A stretch of 64,000 bases of DNA from Nitrospirota bacterium (GTDB lineage: Bacteria > Nitrospirota > Thermodesulfovibrionia > Thermodesulfovibrionales > JdFR-86), in assembly GCA_963721805.1 (NCBI GenBank), contig CAVRJY010000001.1, positions 384,001 through 448,000 of the forward strand, read 5' to 3'. The position numbers and the translations under genes were made by a program. The first letter of the stretch is position 1. Each line of letters starts with the position of its first letter. Positions 31,312 to 40,227 of this stretch are shown here, in pieces. The notes below the pieces were generated by a model, which saw nothing but the letters and a program-made list of their open reading frames with translations, made no database searches and was not told where the DNA came from.

Positions 31312-32013
31312 ATGACCGATTTGGATGCCATATGCCAGGACTTTGAAAAGAAGCTCTCGCTTTTCAGGGCAGAGGTTTCATCGGCCGAAGACTGCTACTA
31401 CTTGCAAAAGACGATCCATGGGCTGATCCTCAAAAACGACAAGATATACGCAGAGCTCTACAGGAACGGTTTTTTCTGGCAGAGCGTATTGAACGCAGCC
31501 CGCGATAACCTGATCGGCACCCTTAGCAGGATATTCACCAGAAGGCAAAAGGATTTCTCCATTGGCGAGCTTTTAAAGACCTGCCGCCTGCACAGGGAAA
31601 TCTTTTCGAAAGCAGAGCTTAGAAAAAGGAAGTCAAAGGACCTGTCGCCGGACGTCCTCGTGAATATCTTGCGAGACATCCCCGAGGAGCCTGCATCTGA
31701 GGACGACATCATGCTGCTCGAAAAACAGATCGAGTCCTGTACCGATATCTTCGACAAGAACTACCGGGAAATCAGGGATGAGTTTTCGGCGCAGCGGGAT
31801 CTGAAATTTCTGGGCAAGGAGGGCGAACTGGCAAGCGGTGCCGCAGTTGGAGAGATCGAGGCCATACTCGACCTGCTCGACAGGGTGCACAGCTCGCTTT
31901 ACATGCTCTACTATAACGGCTTCCCGCTGGACGTGAATGTGGCGGAATCGACGAACTTTAAATATAAGCTGATTAAACAGACCGAGAGTGTGCTTCTAAC
32001 CCTGACAAAATAG
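31312..32013 (+). CDS. HEPN/AbiU2-like protein
   Basis: All-helical character, LSRIF...SIGELL, IRDEFSAQRD at the HEPN Rx4-6H position; low GC. Confidence 0.55.
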   Translation: MTDLDAICQDFEKKLSLFRAEVSSAEDCYYLQKTIHGLILKNDKIYAELYRNGFFWQSVLNAARDNLIGTLSRIFTRRQKDFSIGELLKTCRLHREIFSKAELRKRKSKDLSPDVLVNILRDIPEEPASEDDIMLLEKQIESCTDIFDKNYREIRDEFSAQRDLKFLGKEGELASGAAVGEIEAILDLLDRVHSSLYMLYYNGFPLDVNVAESTNFKYKLIKQTESVLLTLTK

Positions 32014-32048
32014 TATTGAATGGTTTGTCTTATCACTTACCTGTTTTT

Positions 32049-32225
32049 AAAGCGCTCCGAATCGCTTGATACGTCGTTGGGCATCGAAGACTCGCCCTCT
32101 ATGTACGTCACAGTACACCATCGGGCGGTCTTCTCGCCCTGCCTTGTCTGAAGACGATTTGGGCGCGCTTTCGGGGGTTGGTCGCGGCTCCGCCGCTGGA
32201 CCCCCGCTTCCATAAGGTCAACGGT
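32049..32225 (+). repeat. Long structured element, copy 5 (type A core, Y-type 3' hairpin)
   Basis: Starts 35 nt after the upstream stop; near-identical to 32821-32997. Confidence 0.92.
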
Positions 32226-32268
32226 TTGTGTTCTTATGTGATATAATGTACACAAGGAGGCACAAGCC

Positions 32269-32532
32269 ATGCCACAGACCACCACGATGACCGTCAGGAT
32301 TCCATCAGACGTAAAGGACAGGCTCGAGCGTCTGGCCCGATCCACGGACAGGACGAAGGCCTACATCGCGGGCCGGGCAATAGAGGATTACCTCGATGTG
32401 CAGGAATGGCAGGTAAGCGCCATTAGCGACGCGGTGCGCGAGGCTGACTCTAAAAAAGCCGTCTTCCTGTCACACGCAGAAGTGGAGTCAAGGGTCAATA
32501 AGAAGATCATCGCCACCGGAAAGCGTAAGTGA
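32269..32532 (+). CDS. CopG/RHH antitoxin
   Basis: TMTVRIP..VKDRLERLA..TDRTKAYIAGRAIEDYL. Confidence 0.88.
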   Translation: MPQTTTMTVRIPSDVKDRLERLARSTDRTKAYIAGRAIEDYLDVQEWQVSAISDAVREADSKKAVFLSHAEVESRVNKKIIATGKRK

Positions 32533-32810
32533 GGGTTCAGTGGCTTACTAGCGCGGCGGATGACATGGAACAGCTCATTGACTACATTGCCGCTGATAAT
32601 CCCTCAGCCGCCGCCACCGAGGCCCGGAAGGTCATGGAGGCCATAAGGCAACTTGCCGAGCATCCCGCTTCAGGCCGTACGGGCCGGGTGTTCGGCACGC
32701 GTGAACTGGTCCTGCCTCCATATATTATTGCCTATAGGGTCAAGGGCGAGGCTGTCCAGATACTTCGCATACTCCACTCCGCCCGGAGATTTCCAAATAA
32801 GCTGCCGTAG
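32529..32810 (+). CDS. RelE/ParE-family toxin
   Basis: YIAADNPSAA, GRTGRVFGTRELV, ILRILHSAR; GTGA overlap with the antitoxin. Confidence 0.9.
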   Translation: MRVQWLTSAADDMEQLIDYIAADNPSAAATEARKVMEAIRQLAEHPASGRTGRVFGTRELVLPPYIIAYRVKGEAVQILRILHSARRFPNKLP

Positions 32811-32820
32811 CCCTCTTTTC

Positions 32821-32997
32821 AAAGCGCTCCAAATCGCTTGATACGTCGTTGGGCATAAAAGACTCGCCCTCTATGTACGTCTCAGTACACCATCGGGCGG
32901 TCTTCTCGCCCTTCCTTGTCTGAAGACGATTTGGGCGCGCTTTCGGGGGTTGGTCGCGGCTCCGCCGCTGGACCCCCGCTCCCCTGTGGTCAACGGC
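32821..32997 (+). repeat. Long structured element, copy 6
   Basis: Starts 10 nt after the toxin stop; ends GGTCAACGGC. Confidence 0.92.
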
Positions 32998-33105
32998 ATA
33001 GATTAAAAGTTATGAGTGTGCAAGGCGGCGGGGTGCTTAAAATTCTCTGGCATGCGCAATGGGGTTGTGGTATCCTTGGCACATGAAACTGCCAAGGTTC
33101 GGGAA

Positions 33106-33594
33106 ATGACAGGAACTACGCCTAAACGTCATGTTCTCCTCATTGTTGCCGTCTCGTTCACAATACTTCATTTCATCATAACCTCTCTTGTCGGGCATTA
33201 CATAGCAATTCAAGTTGGATCCATTGCCGGCCAGTCAGTTGCTAATATGTTGAAAGAATCCACTGGAAACACTTCGTCTTCAGATAATGAGATCAATGAT
33301 CGCCTTCAGGCAATGCGGAATAATATCGACGAACAAATATCCAGATGGAAGCTGCCAGTGATACTGATATCGTTACCGATCAGGCCGATAATCCAGCCCT
33401 TGCTTAGTGTTGCGCGTAAAGGTTGGATTTATGGGCCGGTTGTTTCTCATCAGCTTTCTAAGGAGCAGGCAGCTACGCGCCTTGTTATCATTGATACTGG
33501 CGTTAAAATCTTAAACTCACTTTCGTTTGGACTGTTGATTTATTTGGGCTGCTGGCTATTCTATAAACGTAAACGCGTAATGACAACAGAATAG
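33106..33594 (+). CDS. Hypothetical membrane protein, low GC
   Basis: Open frame with 2-3 hydrophobic segments and AT-rich codons; start uncertain. Confidence 0.65.
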   Translation: MTGTTPKRHVLLIVAVSFTILHFIITSLVGHYIAIQVGSIAGQSVANMLKESTGNTSSSDNEINDRLQAMRNNIDEQISRWKLPVILISLPIRPIIQPLLSVARKGWIYGPVVSHQLSKEQAATRLVIIDTGVKILNSLSFGLLIYLGCWLFYKRKRVMTTE

Positions 33595-33630
33595 ACGATT
33601 CAAAGTCCCCTACACAGATAACTCAAACAA

Positions 33631-33681
33631 GCCGTTGACCTTGGGGTGCGGGGTCCAGCGGCTGGGCCGCACTTAACCCCC
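33631..33681 (-). repeat. 3' module only of the long element
   Basis: Y-type hairpin plus GGTCAACGGC, abutting the hicA stop codon. Confidence 0.82.
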
Positions 33682-33861
33682 TCAGCAGGCCCCGAGTTGC
33701 CTCCTGATAAGGTCGCAAAGCGTGTTTTTGATTTCCGCATGTCTTGGGATAGGGGCCTTGCGGCCATTGGTGGGGTTCAGATAAATGTCATGGTTCGCGC
33801 CATGCCTCTTAAGCACGCAGCCTTTATCCAGCAACTCCCGGATCAGTTCTCCGCGCTTCAA
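33682..33861 (-). CDS. hicA: HicA-family toxin, 59 aa (absent from the ORF track)
   Basis: Manual translation MKRGELIRELLDKGCVLKRHGANHDIYLNPTNGRKAPIPRHAEIKNTLCDLIRRQLGAC; TTG start overlaps the hicB TGA. Confidence 0.88.
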   Translation of the reverse strand: MKRGELIRELLDKGCVLKRHGANHDIYLNPTNGRKAPIPRHAEIKNTLCDLIRRQLGAC

Positions 33862-34064
33862 ACCTCTACGCCTATCTCCTTGCGCTCGACGGCCCCTACC
33901 GGCGGGGCTTCTTCGTCATCCATCAGGAGCTGGTAGACCTCCCTGATGTTGTTTTCGAGTTCGTCGAGGCTCTCGCCCTGCGTGAATACGCCGGGGACCT
34001 CTTTGAGCCTGCCCACGTACCATGTGTCGTCCATCCAGTATTCAAGGGTAAAGTGCCTGAGCAT
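33858..34064 (-). CDS. hicB: Short HicB-family antitoxin without DNA-binding domain
   Basis: YVGRLKEVPGVFTQGESLDELENNIRE; AGGAGG RBS. Confidence 0.88.
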   Translation of the reverse strand: MLRHFTLEYWMDDTWYVGRLKEVPGVFTQGESLDELENNIREVYQLLMDDEEAPPVGAVERKEIGVEV

Positions 34065-34118
34065 CGCGCACCTCCTTAGTTGAATTATAACAGATGGCCG
34101 TCAGGCGCTTCTAATCAA

Positions 34119-34293
34119 GCCTTTGACCTCGGGGTGCGGGGTCCAGCGGCTGGGCCGCTATTAACCCCGCAAAGCGCGATAAATCGTGTCAGACTAGGAG
34201 CCTGCGAGGAAAACGTCCGACGGTGTACTGAGACGTACATCGAGGACGGATTTCCGAGCGGTGACAACGTATCACGCGACTTTAGCGCGCTTT
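34119..34293 (-). repeat. Long structured element, copy 7 (diverged type B core)
   Basis: Same hairpin architecture with compensatory substitutions; starts 13 nt after the PhoU-like gene stop. Confidence 0.88.
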
Positions 34294-34306
34294 CAGAGAG
34301 CGTTCC

Positions 34307-34897
34307 CTATGGACATTTGGTTTCCGCGATCTCTCTGGCATACCACGCTATCGACTTGATACAGTCCAGCATCTCAATGAACAACCCCGACGCGACCGGC
34401 AGGCACAGCCCCTCGATCAGCCGGTCCTCGTGCGCCGTGGCCGCGTCGTCGGCCGCCTTCTCGACGACCGTCTCGGTCCTGATGACGTGCAGCGCCCCCA
34501 GGGCCGAGCCGGTCAGCACGTAGTCCTTCGTATGCACGATTATGTCCCTGAGGCGCTCCATGAGGTAGCCGAGTTCCTTATATGCCTTGTCGCTGAACAG
34601 TATCTGGCCCGAATGCTTGGCCGCGATGGCCGCCTCGATGCGCACCATATATCTGAGCATCTGCTCTAGCCGCGTGACGGTCGGGATCAGGCAGGCCACG
34701 TTGGGGTCCTTCCTGACGTCCTTGACCAGGGCCTCGACGAGCATGTGAAGCCCGCCCTGCATCTCGTCGAGCCTGGCCCTCGCCCCGGCGATCAGGGGGG
34801 CGTCGAACCTCTGCAGCGACTTGTGCGATGCGTCGAGCCCCTCGGTCAGGGCCGGGAAGAAATCCTCCATTATGGCGGCGAATGCGGTCTTGGCCAT
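34307..34897 (-). CDS. PhoU-domain-like protein
   Basis: ILFSDKAYKEL, HEDRLIEGLC.P.ASGLFIEMLD, resembling the Na/Pi-cotransporter C-terminal PhoU-like region; GGAGG RBS. Confidence 0.65.
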   Translation of the reverse strand: MAKTAFAAIMEDFFPALTEGLDASHKSLQRFDAPLIAGARARLDEMQGGLHMLVEALVKDVRKDPNVACLIPTVTRLEQMLRYMVRIEAAIAAKHSGQILFSDKAYKELGYLMERLRDIIVHTKDYVLTGSALGALHVIRTETVVEKAADDAATAHEDRLIEGLCLPVASGLFIEMLDCIKSIAWYAREIAETKCP

Positions 34898-34952
34898 GGC
34901 TGCCTCCTGTACGCGGTTCGGTTCAAGTCCGGGCGTTTCTGCCCTCAGCCCG

Positions 34953-34981
34953 ATCATATCAGATAACCCGCCGGGACGCAA
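34953..34981 (-). promoter_or_regulatory. Sigma70-like promoter of the PhoU-like gene
   Basis: TTGCGT-17 nt-TATGAT on the minus strand. Confidence 0.5.
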
Positions 34982-35131
34982 AAACCCCCGCAAACGCCGG
35001 GGGCTGGCTGTCTATTAGGATCAATCATCTATCCATTAATATAATTTATTTGACCGCCGCGCGCTAGGTATATTAGGCTTAAACGCATTTTCCCCGCACA
35101 GATAATGCAAACAACTCATAAGGAGGATCGA

Positions 35132-36316
35132 ATGAAGAAGTACGACACGCCTCTTCTGGACGAACTGGAAAAGGGGCCCTGGCCGAGCTTCGTGACCGAG
35201 ATCAAAAAGGCCGCGAAGACTAACGAGGCGGCCAACGATGAGCTTGGCCAGCTCGAGAAGTCCTACAGGACGAAGCGCGGCTACTGGAAGCACGGTGGCA
35301 TCGTCGGCGTCCTCGGCTACGGCGGAGGCGTCATCGGCAGGTATTCCTCGCTCGGCGAGGAGTTCCCCGGCGTTGCACATTTCCATACCGTCCGTATCAA
35401 CCAGCCCAGCGGTTTCTACTACACCAGCGCCGCACTTCGCGAGATCTGCGACATATGGGACAAGTACGGCTCGGGCCTCACGAACATGCACGGCTCCACC
35501 GGTGACCTCGTGCTCCTCGGCACCAAGACCGACGCCCTCGAAGACATCTTCGCCGAGTACTCCTCGCGCGGATGGGACCTCGGGAGCTCAGGCTCCGCCA
35601 TGAGGACCCCGAGCTGCTGTCTCGGAAAGTCCCGCTGCGAGTGGGCCAACATCGACACCATGGACATCTGCAACCACTTCACCCAGGTGTTCCAGGACGA
35701 GATGCACAGGCCTTCCTTCCCCTACAAGTTCAAGATCAAGGTCGCCGGCTGCGCGGTTGACTGCGTGGCCTCGATAGCTCGTTCCGACTGCTCCATCATC
35801 GGCACCTGGAAGGGCACCATCGCCGTCGACCAGGCCGCCGTGGCGGACTATGCCAAGAAGGGCATGAACATCAAGGCCGAGATCATCGACATGTGCCCGA
35901 CGAGCTGCATGAGCTATGACGGCAAGACCATGACGATCAACGACAAGGAGTGCTCGCGCTGCATGCACTGCATCACCAAGATGACCAAGGCCCTCAAGGC
36001 CACCGGCGAGAAGGGCTGTTCGATCCTCGTGGGCTCCAAGGCCCCGATCGTCGTCGGCTCGCTCTTAAGCTGGGTCATCGTGCCGTTTATGAAGGCCGAG
36101 AAGCCCTACACCGAACTCGAGGACCTGATCAAGAAGATCATCGAGTGGTGGGATGAGCACGCCAAGCCGCGCGAGCGCATCGGCGAAGTCATCGAGGTAG
36201 AGGGCATGAGGAGCATGCTGGAGTTCATCGGCATACCGCCGATGCCGCAGCAGGTCAAGGCCCCGCGCAAGGACCCGTTCTTCTTCTGGAGCGAAGAAGA
36301 CCTCACGAAGTACTAA
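35132..36316 (+). CDS. dsrA: Dissimilatory sulfite reductase alpha subunit
   Basis: TPLLDELEKGPWPSFV, WKHGGIVGVLGYGGGVIGRY, CLGKSRCE, YKFKIK.AGC..DC; AGGAGG RBS. Confidence 0.98.
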   Translation: MKKYDTPLLDELEKGPWPSFVTEIKKAAKTNEAANDELGQLEKSYRTKRGYWKHGGIVGVLGYGGGVIGRYSSLGEEFPGVAHFHTVRINQPSGFYYTSAALREICDIWDKYGSGLTNMHGSTGDLVLLGTKTDALEDIFAEYSSRGWDLGSSGSAMRTPSCCLGKSRCEWANIDTMDICNHFTQVFQDEMHRPSFPYKFKIKVAGCAVDCVASIARSDCSIIGTWKGTIAVDQAAVADYAKKGMNIKAEIIDMCPTSCMSYDGKTMTINDKECSRCMHCITKMTKALKATGEKGCSILVGSKAPIVVGSLLSWVIVPFMKAEKPYTELEDLIKKIIEWWDEHAKPRERIGEVIEVEGMRSMLEFIGIPPMPQQVKAPRKDPFFFWSEEDLTKY

Positions 36317-36350
36317 TACATAAAATACCAATTCATATAGGAGGATTTGC

Positions 36351-37424
36351 ATGGCTACCACGGCTAAAAGGCAGACAGACGTCGGACCCCCGCATTACTC
36401 GAAGTTTCTTCCTCCGGTAATCGCGAAGAACTACGGCGACTGGAAGTACCACGAGGAGATTGACGGCGGCACGATGGTGCACGTCGCAAACAGCGGCGAC
36501 AAGATCTGGACCGTTCGCGTCGCATCGCCCAGGATCATGTCCACCGTAACGATCCGCGAGCTCCTTGACCTCGCCGACAAGTACACCGGCGGATACATCC
36601 GCTGGACCACCCGCAACAACGTCGAGTTCCTCATCTCCGACGAGAAGAACGTCGAGCCGCTGAAGGCCGACCTCAAGAGCAGGAAGTACCTCCTCGGCGG
36701 CATCGGCGACCGCATCTCCAACGTTGTGCACACCCAGGGCTGGGTGCACTGCCACAGCGCGTGCACCGACGCATCGGGCCTGGTCAAGTGCATCATGGAC
36801 GACGTGGCCGACTACTTCACCCACAAGACGCTCCCGGCCAAGGTGCGCCTTGCGGTCGCGTGCTGCGTCAACATGTGCGGCGCGGTCCACTGCTCCGACA
36901 TCGCGGTCGTCGCGGTGCACAGGAAAGTCCCTGTCATCAACCACGACCTCGTAAAGAACATGTGCGAGACCCCGACCACGATCTCCGCGTGCCCGACCCG
37001 CGCCATCAGCCCGGACCCGGCCAAGAAGTCCGTGAAGATCAACCCCGAGAAGTGCATGTACTGCGGCAACTGCTTCACCGTCTGCCCGCCGATCGACATC
37101 CACAACCCCGAGTTCGATGGCGTCGCCATCGTCGTCGGCGGCAAGATCGGTTCGCTCCGCAAGGGCCCGATGTTCTCGAAGCTCGCGATCCCGTACATCA
37201 AGAACGAGCCGCCGCGCTGGCCGTCCGTCGTCAAGGCCGTCCGCAACATCCTTGACACCTACGCCGCCAACGCGCTGAAGCACGAGCGCGTCGGCGAGTG
37301 GATCGACCGCATCGGCTGGGAGCGCTTCTTCTCCCTGACCGGCATCGAGTTCACTTTCCAGCACATCGACGACTTCACCTTCATGAGGGAGACGATGAGG
37401 ACCTCAGCCGCGTTTAAGTACTAA
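36351..37424 (+). CDS. dsrB: Dissimilatory sulfite reductase beta subunit
   Basis: GPPHY, TTRNNVEF, HTQGWVHCH, ACCVNMCGAVHCSDI, CMYCGNCFTVC, EPPRWP. Confidence 0.98.
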   Translation: MATTAKRQTDVGPPHYSKFLPPVIAKNYGDWKYHEEIDGGTMVHVANSGDKIWTVRVASPRIMSTVTIRELLDLADKYTGGYIRWTTRNNVEFLISDEKNVEPLKADLKSRKYLLGGIGDRISNVVHTQGWVHCHSACTDASGLVKCIMDDVADYFTHKTLPAKVRLAVACCVNMCGAVHCSDIAVVAVHRKVPVINHDLVKNMCETPTTISACPTRAISPDPAKKSVKINPEKCMYCGNCFTVCPPIDIHNPEFDGVAIVVGGKIGSLRKGPMFSKLAIPYIKNEPPRWPSVVKAVRNILDTYAANALKHERVGEWIDRIGWERFFSLTGIEFTFQHIDDFTFMRETMRTSAAFKY

Positions 37425-37441
37425 GACAGCGCATCGTTATG

Positions 37442-37471
37442 CGGGCGGCGGCCCATCAAGGCCGCCGCCCG
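37442..37471 (+). other. Strong intergenic hairpin between dsrB and dsrD
   Basis: CGGGCGGCGGCC-CATCAA-GGCCGCCGCCCG, 12-bp stem, no U-tract. Confidence 0.65.
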
Positions 37472-37509
37472 TTAACCATCCGCACACACACAATAAACGG
37501 AGGCAACCT

Positions 37510-37758
37510 ATGAGCAATGACGAGCTGAAAGAGAAGATTTTTGCTTTCGTCCAGGCCGCCAAGGGCAAGAAGAAACTCAAAGAGAAAGATATCATCAAGG
37601 GCATGTCCGCTGACGGCACCTACACGGCCGACGACGTAAAGAAGAACATGCGCGAGATGATCGACATAGGCCGCCTCATGTATTCCTACGGCGGCGGCGC
37701 CAGCTCCGTTGAGATCCCCAGCGATGAGTATCTCAGGGAGAAGGGCATGATCAAGTAG
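37510..37758 (+). CDS. dsrD: DsrD
   Basis: 82-aa basic winged-helix-like protein directly after dsrB, G.L.YSYGGGAS C-terminus. Confidence 0.8.
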   Translation: MSNDELKEKIFAFVQAAKGKKKLKEKDIIKGMSADGTYTADDVKKNMREMIDIGRLMYSYGGGASSVEIPSDEYLREKGMIK

Positions 37759-37812
37759 CACCCGCCCCGGGCGGCTAACGCCTGGAAGCGCGCAGCAGGG
37801 CGAAATCGCCCA

Positions 37813-39240
37813 ATGCATAAAAGGAAAGGCATTACCATACATACCGCAATACCAAGGGTAGTCGTTGCCGGGCTCAGGGGAGGCTCGGGAAAGACTACCC
37901 TTTCTATCGGCCTCATCGCCGCGCTCCGCCTGCGCGGGATGCGGGTCGCCGCGTTCAAGAAGGGCCCGGACTACATCGACGCCGGCTGGCTGAGCTCGGC
38001 CGCATCGTCGCCCTGCTACAACCTCGACCCCTTCCTGATAGGCGAGCCCCGCGCCCTCTATTCCTTCGTCTCGCATTCCCAGGGTGCGGACATCGCGGTG
38101 ATCGAGGGCAACCGCGGCCTGTTTGACGGCATGGACGCCGAGGGCACGCTGAGCACCTCGACGCTCGCCCGCCTGATAAAAAGCCCGGTCGTGCTCATCC
38201 TCGACTGCACGAAGGCCACCCGCAGCATGGCCGCGCTCGTGCTCGGCTCAAAGACGCTCGAGCGAGGGCTTCAGCTCGGGGGCGTCGTGCTAAATAATAT
38301 CGCCGGGGCCAGGCACGAGCGCATCACGCGCCAGTCGATAGAGTCCCTTACCGGGGTGCCTGTGCTCGGGGCGATACCCCGGATGGCGTCTATTGGCCTG
38401 CCGGAACGCCATATGGGCCTCACCCCGCGCGACGAGTACCCCGAGGTCTCCGAGGCCATCGAGGCGCTCGCGCGCCTGATCGAGACGCACGCCGACGTCG
38501 GCCGGATAATCGAGATCGCATCGAGCGCGCCGCGCATCGTTACTAAGCCTGCTGATGCCCCTGTGCAATTTAAACAGCCCGTGGCTGCCCCGCGCATCGG
38601 CGTGATCCGAGACAGCGCGTTTCAGTTCTATTACCCCGAGAACGTCGAGGAGCTCCGCCGCGCCGGGGCCGAGGTCGTCGAACTTAGCGCGCTTACGATG
38701 AAGCGCCTCCCCCCGATCGACGCGCTGTATATCGGCGGCGGCTTCCCCGAGACCCACTCGGTTGGCCTTTCCAAGAACAAGAATTTCAGGGCTGGCCTGC
38801 GCGATGCGGTCGAGGACGGCCTGCCGGTCTATGCCGAGTGCGGGGGGCTTATGTACCTCGGCTCGGGCCTGACCGTGGGAGGCAGGAGGTACGAGATGAG
38901 CGGCGTCCTGCCGCTGGAGTTTGAGATGCACGCGCGCCCGGCGGCGCACGGCTATACGGTCGTGAGCGTGGCCGGGGCCAACCCGTTTCTCAAAAAAGGC
39001 ACAGTGCTGCACGGCCACGAGTTTCATTACTCCGCGGTCAATCCGGGCTCTATTCCCAAGGGCAGCCGGTATGCCTACCGCAACAAGCGCGGGGGCGGCA
39101 TCAGCGCGGGCCGCGACGGGATCGTTTATAAAAACGTCGTCGCGACCTACACCCACCTGCACGCCTTGGGCGCGCCCGAATGGGTCGAGGGCATGATAAG
39201 GGCCGCGCTTCGGCATATGAAGCGGCGTGCGGCGCGGTAG
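37813..39240 (+). CDS. dsrN: Siroheme amidase / cobyrinate a,c-diamide synthase
   Basis: GGSGKT, FKKGPDYID, EGNRGLFDG, YAECGGLMY, GHEFHYS; follows dsrABD. Confidence 0.88.
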   Translation: MHKRKGITIHTAIPRVVVAGLRGGSGKTTLSIGLIAALRLRGMRVAAFKKGPDYIDAGWLSSAASSPCYNLDPFLIGEPRALYSFVSHSQGADIAVIEGNRGLFDGMDAEGTLSTSTLARLIKSPVVLILDCTKATRSMAALVLGSKTLERGLQLGGVVLNNIAGARHERITRQSIESLTGVPVLGAIPRMASIGLPERHMGLTPRDEYPEVSEAIEALARLIETHADVGRIIEIASSAPRIVTKPADAPVQFKQPVAAPRIGVIRDSAFQFYYPENVEELRRAGAEVVELSALTMKRLPPIDALYIGGGFPETHSVGLSKNKNFRAGLRDAVEDGLPVYAECGGLMYLGSGLTVGGRRYEMSGVLPLEFEMHARPAAHGYTVVSVAGANPFLKKGTVLHGHEFHYSAVNPGSIPKGSRYAYRNKRGGGISAGRDGIVYKNVVATYTHLHALGAPEWVEGMIRAALRHMKRRAAR

Positions 39241-39306
39241 CCGTATCCGCTTCCTTAGCGTCTCCCCGACGGCAGTCCATCCCGCGACATCCACGAGGTA
39301 TCCTGA

Positions 39307-40140
39307 TTGAGAATCCATCACCTGAACTGCGCGACGCTCTGCCCCTTGAGCGCAAGGCTCGTAAACGGCAGGGGAGGGCTGTTCTCGCTCGGCGAGATGG
39401 TCTGCCATTGCCTGCTGATAGAGACCGGCGATAAGTTGATCCTGGTCGATACCGGGCTCGGATCGCAGGACCTGAACCATCCCGAGGGCCTAGGCCATAT
39501 ATTCCGCACGGTCATCAGGCCCAGGCTGAGCATGGCCGAGACAGCGGCCGAGCAGGTCAGAAGGCTTGGCTTCAGCACCGATGACGTCCGGCATATTGTC
39601 TTGACCCACCTGGACCTCGACCATGCCGGAGGGCTGCCGGATTTCCCGCACGCGGAGGTCCATGTCTCGGGCCCCGAACATGGCGCGGCGATGGCAGCCA
39701 GATCGTTTCGGGACAGGTTTCGGTACCATCCATCCCACTGGGCTCATAGCCCCAAATGGAAGACACATGCGGTTGATGGCGAGAAGTGGTTTGGGTTCGA
39801 GGCGGTGCGCGCCATAGATAACGCTGAAACCGAGGTCTTGCTGGTCCCCTTGCGCGGGCATACCGAGGGGCATTGCGGTGTTGCGGTAAAGGTCTCGGAC
39901 AAGTGGGTGCTGGATTGCGGGGACGCGTATTTTTTCAATGCCGAAATGTCACTTGATAAGCCATCCTGCACGCTCGGCCTGAGCATGTATCAGGGCCTGA
40001 TGCAGAGCGACCACAAGGCTAGGGTGCATAACCAGTTCAGGCTCAGGGAACTGAAGCAAAACCATGGCAATGAGATACGGATGTTCTGCTCCCATGACCA
40101 TAGCGAGCTATGCAAATGCCAAGTAGGGGCCCCTTTGTAA
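39307..40140 (+). CDS. Metallo-beta-lactamase-fold hydrolase
   Basis: THLDLDHAGG, GHTEGH, GDAYF, CSHD. Confidence 0.88.
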   Translation: MRIHHLNCATLCPLSARLVNGRGGLFSLGEMVCHCLLIETGDKLILVDTGLGSQDLNHPEGLGHIFRTVIRPRLSMAETAAEQVRRLGFSTDDVRHIVLTHLDLDHAGGLPDFPHAEVHVSGPEHGAAMAARSFRDRFRYHPSHWAHSPKWKTHAVDGEKWFGFEAVRAIDNAETEVLLVPLRGHTEGHCGVAVKVSDKWVLDCGDAYFFNAEMSLDKPSCTLGLSMYQGLMQSDHKARVHNQFRLRELKQNHGNEIRMFCSHDHSELCKCQVGAPL

Positions 40141-40160
40141 ATGAGCGAAGCGAATAGTTA

Positions 40161-40227
40161 AGGGGGCTAGTCGGCCCCCTTTGTAGGTGAGCGCATAGCG
40201 CGAATATTTGCCGGGGGGCGCTGCCCC
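40161..40227 (-). repeat. Composite short palindromic element, second copy
   Basis: Matches 21125-21198; adjacent GAGCGAAGCGAATA at 40143. Confidence 0.7.

Noticed and set aside
32049..32997. Canonical integron attC sites
   Set aside because: No RYYYAAC at the 5' end or GTTRRRY at the 3' end (the AAC is at the far end), and no IntI in the window
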